NCBI GenBank assembly: GCA_977017645.1
Contig: OZ360231.1
Span: 868,001-932,000, forward strand
Source of the DNA: Torpedo marmorata
Lineage: Eukaryota
Length of the DNA stretch: 64,000 nucleotides
Reading direction: 5' to 3'
Numbering within the stretch: the stretch's first letter is position 1; each line of letters opens with the position of its first letter. The notes under the pieces are model-generated. The model was not told where the DNA came from. It did no database searches and saw nothing but the letters and a program-made list of their open reading frames with translations. Shown piece after piece: positions 12,956 through 24,000 of this stretch. The translations under genes and the position numbers were made by a program.

Positions 12956-13230
12956 GGATAGCGTAGCGGTTAGCGCAACGTTGTTACAGCGCCAGCGATC
13001 GGTACCGGGGTTCGAATCCCGCGCTCTCTGAAAGGAGTTTGTACATTCTCACCGTGTCTGCGTGGGTTTTCCCCGGGGGCTCCAGTTTCCTCCCACCCTT
13101 CAAAAATGTACCGCGGGTTGTAGGTTAATTGGGTATAATTGGGCGACACAGGCTCGTGGGCCGAAATGGCCTGTTACCGTGCTGTATGTCTAAAAAATTT
13201 TTTTAATTAAATTTTTTAAAAATTAAATTT
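12956..13230 (+). mobile_element. Full-length tRNA-derived HE1-like V-SINE
   Basis: A box TAGCGTAGCGG, B box GGTTCGAATCC, V-domain (GTTTGTACATTCTC.CCGTGTCTGCGTGGGTTT...TTTCCTCCCA), CR1-like 3' tail and AT-rich end. Confidence 0.9.
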
Positions 13231-13410
13231 ATGTTGCCAAATATTTAGCATTGCAGAAGCAAATGATTAATTCAAAGGAAATCTTTTATATGTGCAAACT
13301 AATCAGCAGGAGAAAATACTCCATTAATCATCAATTAAGATGCTTAGTTATTATTAACAATCAAGTAACCATGGATTTTGGACATCCAAAATAAAATCAG
13401 CTAATGCTGG

Positions 13411-14251
13411 AGATTCAAGATTCAATTTATTGTCACAGCAATAAGACAGTGTCATATACCACGAAATTTCTTTTTGCCTGCTGCAAGGCAGACAGATTCG
13501 CCATCGGCAGAAATTGCCTAAGCGCCTCTAACATTCCTTACAGTCAGTGAAAGCGAAGCAAAAGAGAGTCCCCCCAGAGTCACCGAATGTCCATAGATTC
13601 GCCTCCAGCACCTCCGCAGCCACAAAGAGTCCAGTCCAAACGATCGGCATCCCGAGCTCCAGATCCGAACCTCCAACACGGTCAGGTCGCCCTCGGCACC
13701 CCCTCACATCCCGGTTCCGATACCTGGTACTCCTCCAGCCAGTTCGAGCCAACCTCCAGCAGTCCGCAGCCCGTCGTGAGTCCCCCGACAGCAGTCTCCA
13801 GCAGCCCACAGCCTCCGCGGGTTCCTCGCCTCGAGTCGCCAGCAGCCCGCCGCATGCACTGGTCCTTCAGCCTCAGAGCCCCTCACCGGTCCGCCGCTGT
13901 GCTCACCGTCCCGTGGGTCGTCTCCTCCGCTTCTCCTTCTCAGACGGGGGTGATCTTCCCGTTCACTGGTGCCCTGCTCCAGTCCCCCGCTTCCCCGGAG
14001 TCTGCAGCCCCTCGTGGCTGCTGCCGATTAATAGGCGCTGCCATCTTGGGCGCAGACCCCGCGGTCGCGGGATCTCAAATAAAACCACTGTCGGCTCCTT
14101 TAATGGGCCGTTCAAAGCCCGTGCGGAAGCGACGGCAGTCGACTGGGCGGCTGGACCCCGCGGGAGCGCTGTATCTCCGCTCCCACGCTCCTCGCGGGTC
14201 CGCACCAGCGGCAGCGCTGCCGCTACAGCGGCTCCGGCAGCGCCGCCATTG
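13411..14251 (-). mobile_element. GC/CpG-rich non-autonomous retroelement with Rex1-type 3' tail
   Basis: On minus it starts AATGGCGGCGCTGCC and ends GACAATAAA followed by (TTGAATC)2. No RT-like ORF. A related tail remnant lies at ~29912-29990. Confidence 0.65.
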
Positions 14252-14419
14252 AATATGCTGAGCAAGGTGATATGTTTATTCCTTTACTCACCTCTTGCTT
14301 TACCTGCACCATCTCTCGGAGAATACAATGAGTTAAGGGTAAGATTAGTGTCAAAATGTGCTTGGTGTTTGGCACAAACTTGTCGGCTAAAGAGGCAGTA
14401 CCTGTGATGTATACTTCTA

Positions 14420-14635
14420 TATTCTAAAAGGGGTTTGCTGCCTTGTGTCCTAATCAATATTTACAACTGTATCACTAAAATAGCTTAGTACACATTATGA
14501 TTGTAATATTTTTGTGTACAACTTGACTGTGTAATCCTCAAATTACAACAATGGCAACATTCCAAATGCCCTTTGTTGCCTCTAGAACACTTGGAACATC
14601 CTGGAAAGGTGATACATCATAAAGAAAGAATTCTA
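14420..14635 (+). mobile_element. Highly decayed Deu-domain SINE remnant
   Basis: Similar by eye to the Deu-domain/3' part of the element at 44715-45195. Confidence 0.4.
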
Positions 14636-14966
14636 ACGATATCAATATTTGCCAGTTAGTGCCTTATAGCACCCACCTACTCCAATTTATTATTTCAATT
14701 TTTATTGAGTAGTTTTTATTGTTGGATAGTAAAAGGAGTGGTCATGTAGCAATATTAGATGGTTTTTCCATTCTGTGCTTCTCAGAGCAAGAACAGTGAT
14801 TTCCAAAAATGTTAAATTAAAATACACAATTACAAATTTCTTAGAGCATATTGCATCAGTTCTGTACAGTCCCTCCAAAAAATTAATAGGGGCATTTGCA
14901 TGGCCACTGCTTCGTTGTTGTCTAAAATAAATGCATTGATCAAATACAAACATTAATTTCTTACAG

Positions 14967-15035
14967 GAAGTTCGCAAACAGCGGATTGCACTGGAGTCAC
15001 AGTTGGAGCACTTTCGACCAATCCCTCACACGTGA
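14967..15035 (+). CDS. REPS2: Terminal coding exon of a RalBP1-associated Eps15-homology protein, most like REPS2/POB1
   Basis: Acceptor TTAATTTCTTACAG| then EVRKQRIALESQLEHFRPIPHT* in phase 0. This matches my recollection of the human REPS2 end (EVHQERIALENQLEQLRPVTVL*) better than REPS1 ([22 protein letters not shown]). Four CpGs are retained in an AT-rich context. No upstream exon was recognised in the window. Confidence 0.78.
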   Translation, partial: EVRKQRIALESQLEHFRPIPHT

Positions 15036-15251
15036 CTTCACCTTCCAGATAGTAACTCTAATGGGAGCTCAAATGTGAGGACAATATATACATTGAAATT
15101 CTGATAGGAACAGGGCAAGTGAAAACACAATAGGGGCAAATATGACGCAAAGACCTTTCAATGCTGTCATTTTTCGTGTTTGAACATAAGAATAGAAACA
15201 TTTATACAATGCAAACATTAATATTTGAACTTTTAAAATATTCACTTGTTT

Positions 15252-18238
15252 TTTTGTTTTTTTAAATTATTTTATTTAAACTTTTAAATCACAAAATACA
15301 TAAGATAAAATATAAAATTATCAAAATACATGTGATATATTTTTACCCTCCCACCCTCCCTCCCCTCCCCAACCCCCCCATCCCCACTAATCTAATAAAA
15401 AATAAAAATAAAAATTAAAGTAAAATAGAAAAAAGAAAGAAAAGAATAGAATGAGGGGAATACTTTCTAAACTAATTCTATTATGGAGGTCAAATATGCC
15501 AGCAGATCTGATATCTAGAGATCTTCAAATCCTTAAACCCACGGCTCTCATATATGGGCTCCAAATTTTCAAGAAAAAATGATATTTATTACGTAAATTA
15601 TAAGTAATTTTTTCCAGTGGTATACACGAACGGAGTTCTGCATGCCATCTTTCTAATCCTAAATCTAAATCAGATTTCCAAGTAATAGCAATGCATTTTT
15701 TTGAAACAGCTAAAGCAATTCGCAAAAATTCTACTTGAAACATATTTAATTTCATCTTAGTACTAAATTTTCTAATATCTCCAAATAAAAATAACATAGG
15801 ATCCATTGGAAACACAATATTAAATACTTTATCTAAAAAATTTTTAACTTTCAACCAAAAATCTTGAATCTTTGGACAAAACCATGTAGAATGAACAAAA
15901 GAACCTTCCTCACTATTGCATCTAAAACATAAGTCTGATAATGTCGGATTAAATTTCTTTAATTTTTTAAGTGTTAAATATAATTGATGAAAAAAATTAT
16001 ATTGTACTAGTCTATATCTAACATTGATAATCTTCGTCATACTTAACTTACATAAATCTTTCCAATGATTTTCATCTATATTTACATTTAAATCTAATTC
16101 CCATTTTAATCTTGATTTATGTAATCCTATTTTAGGCATTTTCCTCTGAAACAATTTATACATTTGAGAAATAAATTTATTAACATCTCCATTAGTAACT
16201 AATTATTCTAATTCATTTTGTCTTGGTAAAATCAAAGCATAACCTAATTTCTCAGTCAAAAAAGCTTTAACTTGATAATAAGCTAAAAATGTATTATCTG
16301 GTATATTAAATTTATCTTTCATTCTTTGAAACGTAATAAATCTTCCAGCTTCAAAACAATCATTAATCTTCTTAATACCTTTTTGAAACCAAATTTTAAG
16401 TAATTGATTATTAACAGTAAATGATATAAGTCCATTTTGATATAATGGCATATTTGAAGAAATTAATCCTCTTCCACCTATCTCTTTATCCGTCTTACCC
16501 CATATTTCTAACAAATGTTTAATAATCGGTGAATTTTTCTTTTTTAATAATATTAACTTAGAATTCTATTTATAAATAATTTCTTCTTTAAGATTTTCTC
16601 CTATATTATTTAATTTTATTTTAATCCAAGCAGAAGATTTAGTTGAATCAAAAAATTCATTAACAAATTTTAATTGAGCTGCTTTATAATAATTTTGAAA
16701 ATTAGGAAGTTGCAATCCACCCATCTCATAATTCCAGGTTAACTTTTCCATACTTACTCTTGCTAACTTTCCTTTCCATAAAAATTTCCTAATAATAAAA
16801 TTTAAATCTTTAAAAAATTTTTGAGGAATCCCAAAAGGAATTGATTGAAAAAGATACTGAACTCTTGGAAAAATATTCATTTTAATACAATTTACCCTTC
16901 CCATTAAAGTTATGGGTAAATCTTTCCAATTCTCTAAATCTTTCTTTATTTTCACAAATAATGGTAGATAATTTAATTTATATAAATTTTCCAATTTTGT
17001 ATCAACCTTAACCCCCAAATATTTAATTCCTTCTTTAGCCCATTTAAATTGTGTAATTTCTTTACATCTAGTATAATCACCTTGAGATAAAGCCATTATT
17101 TCACTTTTATCAGAATTAATTTTATATCCAGATATTTCACCATATTCTCTTAATATAATAGATAGTTGTTGAAGTGATGTAATAGATTTTGTCATATATA
17201 TCAATACATCATCTGCAAACAAACTAATCTTATGTTCTTCCATACCAACTTTAATACCCACTATCTTAGGATCTTTTCTAACTAATTCAGCCAAGGGTTC
17301 TATCGCCAAAACAAATAAAGCTGGTGACAGGGGACATCCCTGTCTCGTAGAATGTGTCAGAGAAAATTTTGGCGATATTTGTCCATTTGTAATTACTTTA
17401 GCTGATGGTTCTTTATATATAGTTTTAATCCAATTTATAAATGTATTTCCAAAACCAAATTTTTCTAATACCTTAAATAAAAAATTCCATTCTAATCTAT
17501 CAAAAGCCTTTTCAGCGTCTAATGTTACAACTAATGGTAAATCTTGTTTCTTTTTATGCAAACTAATTAAACTAATTAATCTAGCTATATTATCCTTTGA
17601 ATATCTATTTTTAATAAAACCAGCTTGGTCTATATGTATCAAATCTGGCAAATATTTAGCCATTCTGTTTGCTAAAATTTTTGCCATTATTTTATAATCT
17701 ACATTTAATAATGAAATAGGTCTATATGATTCAGTTTTTAATACATCTCTATCCTTCTTTGGTATAACTGTAATTATAGCATTTAAGAATGTTTTCGGTA
17801 ATGAATGAGTTTCCGTAATTTGATCTAGTACTTCCATATATGGAGGTATCAATAAATCTTTAAATTCTTTATAAAATTCTGATGAAAACCCGTCATCACC
17901 CGGAGATTTACCACTCTTCAGCGAAGAAAAAACTTCACTAACTTCCCTCATTGTGAAAGGCGAATCTAAAGAGTCTCTACTCCGAATATTCAATTTAGGT
18001 AATATAATTTTAGATAGGAATCTATTAATTTTAGAATCATCTTGATCAATCTGCGATTTATATAAATTCTGATAATAGTCTTTAAAAGATTCATTTATCT
18101 CTTGAGGTTTATAAGTTATTTCTCCAGTATTTTTCTTCCTTATAGCATTTATAGTTTTAGAAACTTGTTCTTTTTTCAATTGCCATGCCAAAACCTTATG
18201 TGCTCTTTCTCCTAATTTATAATATCTTTGTTTAGTTT
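15252..18238 (-). mobile_element. Young 5'-truncated L1-clade LINE
   Basis: ORF2 from 18191 to 15525 is one frame broken by only two stops (near 16566 and 16203), with RT motifs (LDAEKAFDR, TRQGCPLSP, LFADD) and a Cys-rich end. PolyA tail. 16-bp TSD AAATATTCACTTGTTT at 15236-15251 and 18239-18254. Confidence 0.95.
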
Positions 18239-19399
18239 AAATATTCACTTGTTTAAAGCACAATCTGATCTGGCCATCTTGCATGATAAATAAAATATTT
18301 TACATGGATAATATAATACATATATCAAAGCACAATACATGTTTGGCTCCTTTGTATGTATGGTAAACCCAAAGGTTTGCTGGTTAGGAAGACAAATAGA
18401 ATTATCTGAAATTTTGTTAAAGCATATTTTTCACATTTTCCCCTATCCTGAAATGATCCACAACTTAGAAACATGATCAACATTCTTCCTCCCTCCCAAT
18501 CCCAATATGTTGCAATTTTTGACCTTTTTATTTTTTTTAAAATTTAAATATTCATTAAATATATTGAAATTTATGGTAAAGATAGATTTTTTTCTACTGA
18601 AATGTTTAATGAAGATTTAATGAAGATAATATGAATATTAAACTGGATATTTTCTTGTTTTCTAAATGTTCCATACATTTTATATTTTCCTAAATTTTGA
18701 TTTACCTCTTTGGGATGGAACATTCGGTGTTTGAGCAGCTGTGTGCTATTGCAATAATATACGTCATGTTGTTGTGGTTTAAAGTTCTGTTCTATTCTCA
18801 CCCTGATTCATCACTTTGAGGACAAAATAAGTATTTTATATAATGACAGACTTTCTGGGAATGCACTGCTCAGTTCAACATCTGATATTCTGGGATTCGA
18901 CGGTTCTTACGATAATCACTTTTGTTTAGATATTTTCATCTATTTTCCTTGTGTTAATGTGCAATATTTGTATACTGATTCTACATAATGTGAAGTGTTT
19001 AATTAAACAGAAGTGTCAGAGGTTGTAGAATATATTTCATTCTGAACAGTAGTTCATGTTACTACTTGAAAATGATTTGGGGGTTGATGGTACTATATTA
19101 GAATGAATCTGCACACATTTCTGAATCTGCCACACACCTGCATGTATATTATAGGCGATGTTTTCAATTGGCCCTGTGAACAGAGGCGTTGCAGTTTTCT
19201 GCCTGTTTTGGGTAGCACCTAGCTTGGGTTTGCCAGGAGTCCAACCTGAGCCAGGCAATCCAGAAGCTCTATAATTGACTATTCCTGGATGACTAACTTC
19301 CTATCCCTTGCAAGTTAAAACTCTGTTTCTATTCTAACTTGCACCACCACATCCACCCATCATACTTTTGCCCACTAACCTACCTTCTGTTTGAGTAAA

Positions 19400-19765
19400 G
19401 CCTCAAGTTGAAGTTCATCCTTCGTTTTAAAATTCACCAATTGCCTTGACTCCCTACTGTGTCTAATCTCCAATCTTATAACTGTCTAAAATATCTGAAG
19501 TCCTCAATTCTGACAGCTTGATCACCCCAAATTTTAATTGCTCCACTACTGGCAGCAATTCCTTCAGTTGTCAAGGTCCTACGTTCAGAAATTCCCTCCC
19601 AAACCTCTGTCTCCTTTTCATCCTTTGAGACCGCTTAAAGGCTAACTCTTTGACCAAGCTTTTGGTCATCCAATATTTCTTTATTTGGCTATTCTTTGGC
19701 ATAACTCCTTTGAAATACTTTGGTCATTTCCCTCTGTTAAAGAGACTACATCAATACAAGTTGTG
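19400..19765 (+). mobile_element. Ancient L2-like LINE 3' end
   Basis: L2-type terminus: ...AATTCCCTCCC...CTCTTTGACCAAGCTTTTGG...CTACATCAATACAAGTTGT. Confidence 0.6.
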
Positions 19766-20459
19766 TGAAGCAAAATTAATCTAAATTAAATATCTTGCAT
19801 TGGACAAAAATCAGAGAAATGAGATGCCCCTTGCATCAAATGTGCAAAACACTAACTTGCTGTATGCATTCATGCTAATTGCTTTCTCAAACTGCATATG
19901 TGATGTACTTGCATTGAAATTTTATGCTTGTGCACTGTAGAATAACATAGGTACAGTTCTGTTTGAAGAGCAGTAGATGTTGAGATTCAGTGCCTCGCCT
20001 TCTGAACTTTCAGTGGAATCATTTGAAACGGTCGCTGGAATTCTACTCTCTCTCAGAAATATGTTATTGCATTATTTCTCAGTAACCGAAAGACAATACT
20101 CACTAGCATCACCATGTTCGACTGTGATCATATATTAATGCAGAGGATCTGAATGTTGGCAACACAAAGAGACTCCTAATGGATAATTCATGACATCATC
20201 TGAACCCTTGTTAGGAGATTGCTGCCCTGCAGTTACTGCCAGACATCCATTGTTCTCTGTTTTATTTGAACAGTCCTTCAAAGCTGTCATGTACTTATTA
20301 TACATCTACTGTTTCATACACCCCACTCTCACAATCTGTATACTTTCTCACAACCTACTGAAAGAATAGACTGCCTGCTTTGTGCTGCTGTAATATTGTT
20401 TTATAATAAATGTATTGTAACTCATTGAGAAGTGCTTGGTATCTCAGACAATTTAAACA

Positions 20460-22780
20460 AAAAAGAGCAAACAACAAACTGCTGGAGGAACTCAGCAGTT
20501 AAACAACATCCTTAGGTAGAAATGGTCAGTCAGCGTTTCAGGTTCAGAATCAGAATCAGAATTTATTGTCATGAATAAGTCATGAAATTCAGTGTTTTGC
20601 GGCAGCATCATAGTGCAATTAACATTCATATTAACCATCTCACGACATTACTATAAAAAATTATAAACAATAGTGTTGGGATCTTTTATCAAGATTAATA
20701 TAAAAAAAATATGAAATTACATAAAGGGCAGAAGAAGCTGGAGAAGGGGTCCAGAGATGATGGAGTATAGGACAGAAGGTGTGAGACAGGTAGATGGAGA
20801 GACCACTAGGAAAGTGAGGGAAGGGGAAGAAAAGTTAGAAAAATAAAATGTATAGGATAAAATGTCGGTAAAGAAGGAAGCAGTGAACTGGGAGGTTTAC
20901 AACTTCCAGATTTCAAAAAATATTATTGGGCAGCCCAAATGAAATTTGTCACCTCCTTCTTTGAAGGGGAAGACAAGCCTTCCTGGGTAAAGATGGAACT
21001 GCATAAGGTGGGAGAGAAGATAGCAGAAGACTTTATATACAAATGGGATAAAAAATTAATGTCCGGTGTGAAAGAAACCCCCCTGTTGAAACACATAATT
21101 GATACCTGGTATAAAATAAATTATCAAATTGGGAATAAGGGGAGGTTATCTCCAAAAACGCCCCTGGCTCAAAATAGGTGTATACCTTTTACAATGGATA
21201 ATAAGATCCTGGACGCCTGGTCCCGGAAAGGGATCAGATGTGTCGAGGATTGCTATGAGCAGGGACAACTTATGTCATTTGAACAATTAAAAAATAAGTG
21301 GTATTATGAATAATACACTCTTCTGCTATTTCCAGCTGAGATCTTACTTAAGGGATAAATTGGGCCCATCAATGACCCTACTGGAATGCAGTGAAGTGGA
21401 GACTTTGATTCGAAAGGGGATCACAAAGAAGTTTATTTCAGCAGCCTATCTTTTACTACAAAAAGGAACCCCTAAACAGGTGCTACATAGATCTAGACAG
21501 AGATGGGAGTCAGACTTGGATATAATAATTAATGAACAAAACTGGTCCGACTTATGTCGGGACAGTATAAAAAACACAATAAATGTGAAATAGACTGGTG
21601 CAATCCAATTTTTTGCACCAGTTGTATCTCACGCCACAAAAATTGAATAAATTTAAATCAGAAATATCAGATAAATGTTTTAGATGCGGCAAAGAAATAG
21701 GAATGTTTTTACATTTAACCTGGTCATGCCCCAAAGTAAAACCTTTCTGGACAGACTTAGGGAAACTCTTAGAACAAATTACAGAAATTCAGTTCCCACA
21801 ACGCCCAGAATTATTTCTATTGGGCAATATCTCTGGTGTAAGACCTAAGATGAGGCTGTCAAAATTTCAAATAAAATTTGTGAAGATCGCATTGGCGGTG
21901 GCCAGGAAATGTATAGCGGTCACATGGAAGTCTGATTCCCATCTAGGTATGACAAGATGGAATGAGGAAATGTACAGTTGTGTTCTCCTTGAGAAGATTA
22001 CCTATAATCTTAGAAATAGATATGATATATTTTTAAAGATTTGGTCTCCATATTTACAACATTAACCAGGCCCCCCTCGCCTCCAGGACCTATGTCCATT
22101 TCCTTTTCAGAAATCCGAGTATGCCAAGTAATTTAAGCCTGCGGGGTGGGCGACGAGCCTCCAACGTCTTCTTTCCATTTCTATTTCAACCTTTTCTTAT
22201 TCTATTCCTCTCTTTTCTTTCATTTAGAGGGGAATTGGGAGAGTGGGTTTTCCTTTGTTTGTAATTTTGTTGTTTTTTAGTATAATAGTCAACAGATAAA
22301 TATTATATTTGATTATGTATTATTTTTGTTATTGATAATATGTTTGGCTTTAAAAAATACAAATAAAATATTCCAAAAAAAAGGAAGCAGTGGAATCAGA
22401 TGGGGGTGGGGGTTACTAAAACTGGAAAAAAAAGTGATGCTCCTGCTGTTAGGTTTAAGGCTGTCCAGGAGGAATATGATTTATTGTTCCTCAAGTTTAC
22501 ATTTGCCATCACCTTGATGTTTGGCCTCACCCTAACAATGGATGAGGCCAAGGATAGGTATATCTGTAGGAATGGGTGGACGAGTTAAAATAGCTACAGA
22601 AAGTTCACTTTGGACCCATCCACAGAGTGTAAGTGTTCAGTGAAGCAGTCACCCAATCTGCATTTGGTCTCCCCAATGTAGAGGAGGCCACTCCAAGTAC
22701 ATCAAATGTAGTAGATTGGGTTGGACAATGTGCATGTAAAGCTCTGCCTCATCTGGAAGGTCTATTTCTGGCCATGAACT
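20460..22780 (-). mobile_element. Old Penelope-like remnant (terminus plus GIY-YIG region) hosting a Rex1-like 3' fragment (20545-20675) and an L1 fragment
   Basis: Terminus motif TGCTGGAGGAACTCAGCAG. The reverse complement of 22650-22715 reads CTACATTTGATGTAC...CTCTACATTGGGGAGACCAAATGCAGATTGGGTGAC (LYIGETKCRLGD). Confidence 0.7.
20886..22380 (+). mobile_element. 5'-truncated L1-clade LINE of a second, less AT-rich family
   Basis: ORF2 C-terminal fragments (GGLQLPDF, CFRCGKE..HLTWSC, LEKITYNLRN), AATAAA and an A tail. TSD AAGGAAGCAGTG at 20874-20885 and 22381-22392. Confidence 0.9.
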
Positions 22781-22985
22781 GAACTGAACTGCAGGCGGTC
22801 CGCAACAATGGGCTAATGAATACGATGTCGACCCACGTCCAGGTCCGTAAGTACCGCACCTCAGGCACCTCAGTCTAAAAACGCGGCGATATCCGTACAG
22901 AGGTCATTCTGTGTGAACGGCCACTCCGAAAGGTAGGTGTGAAAATTGCCAACAGAAAAAAAAATGTCGGTTATGTGTAAAAGCC
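22772..22985. mobile_element. Possible PIF/Harbinger-type MITE fragment
   Basis: CpG-rich patch ending in three TIR-like repeats: GTGTGAACGGCC, GTGTGAAAATTGCC, GTGTAAAAGCC. Confidence 0.3.
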
Positions 22986-23714
22986 AAATTTGATTACTGT
23001 GGGATTCACCTTGGTGCAAAACATGGTAATTTCCAAAACCTGTCGTGTTGCTTCAGGCATACATACTGACCCTTATCAGCAAGAATTTCATCACTCCTTT
23101 CTATCCCTCTCACACTCAACACCTCCCAATATACACTTGTGAGGAAGTGACTATAATAGAGAAACTAACACTTTCCATTCAAAAACAATTCTGATAATGA
23201 TTTCAGTTAAAGAAATGGAACCATAATCAAGCACTTGGCCCACACTCAATTCTTATGGAAAGTGATGTAAATATAATTACCAATTTTAAAACAAAGGCAG
23301 AATTCTCACCTGTCACAGCTCTGTCATTGAGTTTAGTGAAAGTATTGTATTTGGCCTGGACACAAAAGCTTCTAAATTGGATACCCTCTGGCAACAGGCA
23401 CCTTTGTCAAGGTGCTTTAATGTTTTCGGTTTCCTGTTTTATGTGTATCAGTGCCACAGGTTGTGCTGTTGAGGGATGTGACATTACATTAGCCATTTCA
23501 CGCACCATATTATCCCATTAGAGATTAATGAACAGATATATGGCTAAAAAAATCACTCCTGTTGTTCATCCTTTTTTGCATAGCACAAATGAATTCTACC
23601 TAAAATTAAAACACGAAAATCTGTGGACACCGTGGTTGAAGTAAAAAACACAAATGCTGGAGAAACTCATCAGGTCAAACAAACAGTGTCCTTTATGTAG
23701 CAAAGGTAGAAATA

Positions 23715-23755
23715 CATAACCGACGTTTCGGGCTTGAGCCCTTCATCAAAGTATG
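23715..23755 (-). ncRNA. Minimal type I hammerhead-ribozyme-like motif in the inverted PLE arm
   Basis: Minus strand reads CATACT-TTGATGA-A-GGGC(TCAA)GCCC-GAAACGTC-GGTTATG. Confidence 0.65.
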
Positions 23756-24000
23756 AGAAAAGGCCGGTAGGCGTCCGAACAAAAGAGTGAGGGGAGAAGG
23801 GGGATGGCAAAGGCAGGAGATAATAGGTGGAGAAAGGAGGGAGGGGACAGCAGCAAAGAGGGGGAGGAGGGATGGCTGGGTAGCTGGAGAAAAACAGGAA
23901 GGACAGGTGAGGGGGGAGGGGAAGGGAACGACAAGCATGTTTAGTGGAAAGCAGAAAAGTCAATGTTAATGCCATCTGGCTGGAGAGTGCCGAGACGGAA

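Larger units (their letters stand above)
15036..20430 (+). other. Probable long 3'UTR of the REPS gene, interrupted by an antisense L1 and an L2 remnant
   Basis: Unique AT/UG-rich sequence after the stop codon. Candidate AATAAA at ~18289 and 20405-20410. The end point is inferred. Confidence 0.45.

Noticed and set aside
12956-13030. tRNA gene (also 50311 and 55875)
   Set aside because: A and B boxes are present but run directly into the V-domain and a CR1-like tail, so these are SINE heads, not cloverleaf tRNAs.
13547-14407. 286-aa and 221-aa ORFs as host genes
   Set aside because: Low-complexity products of a GC-rich repeat that is open in several frames, with no recognisable domain.
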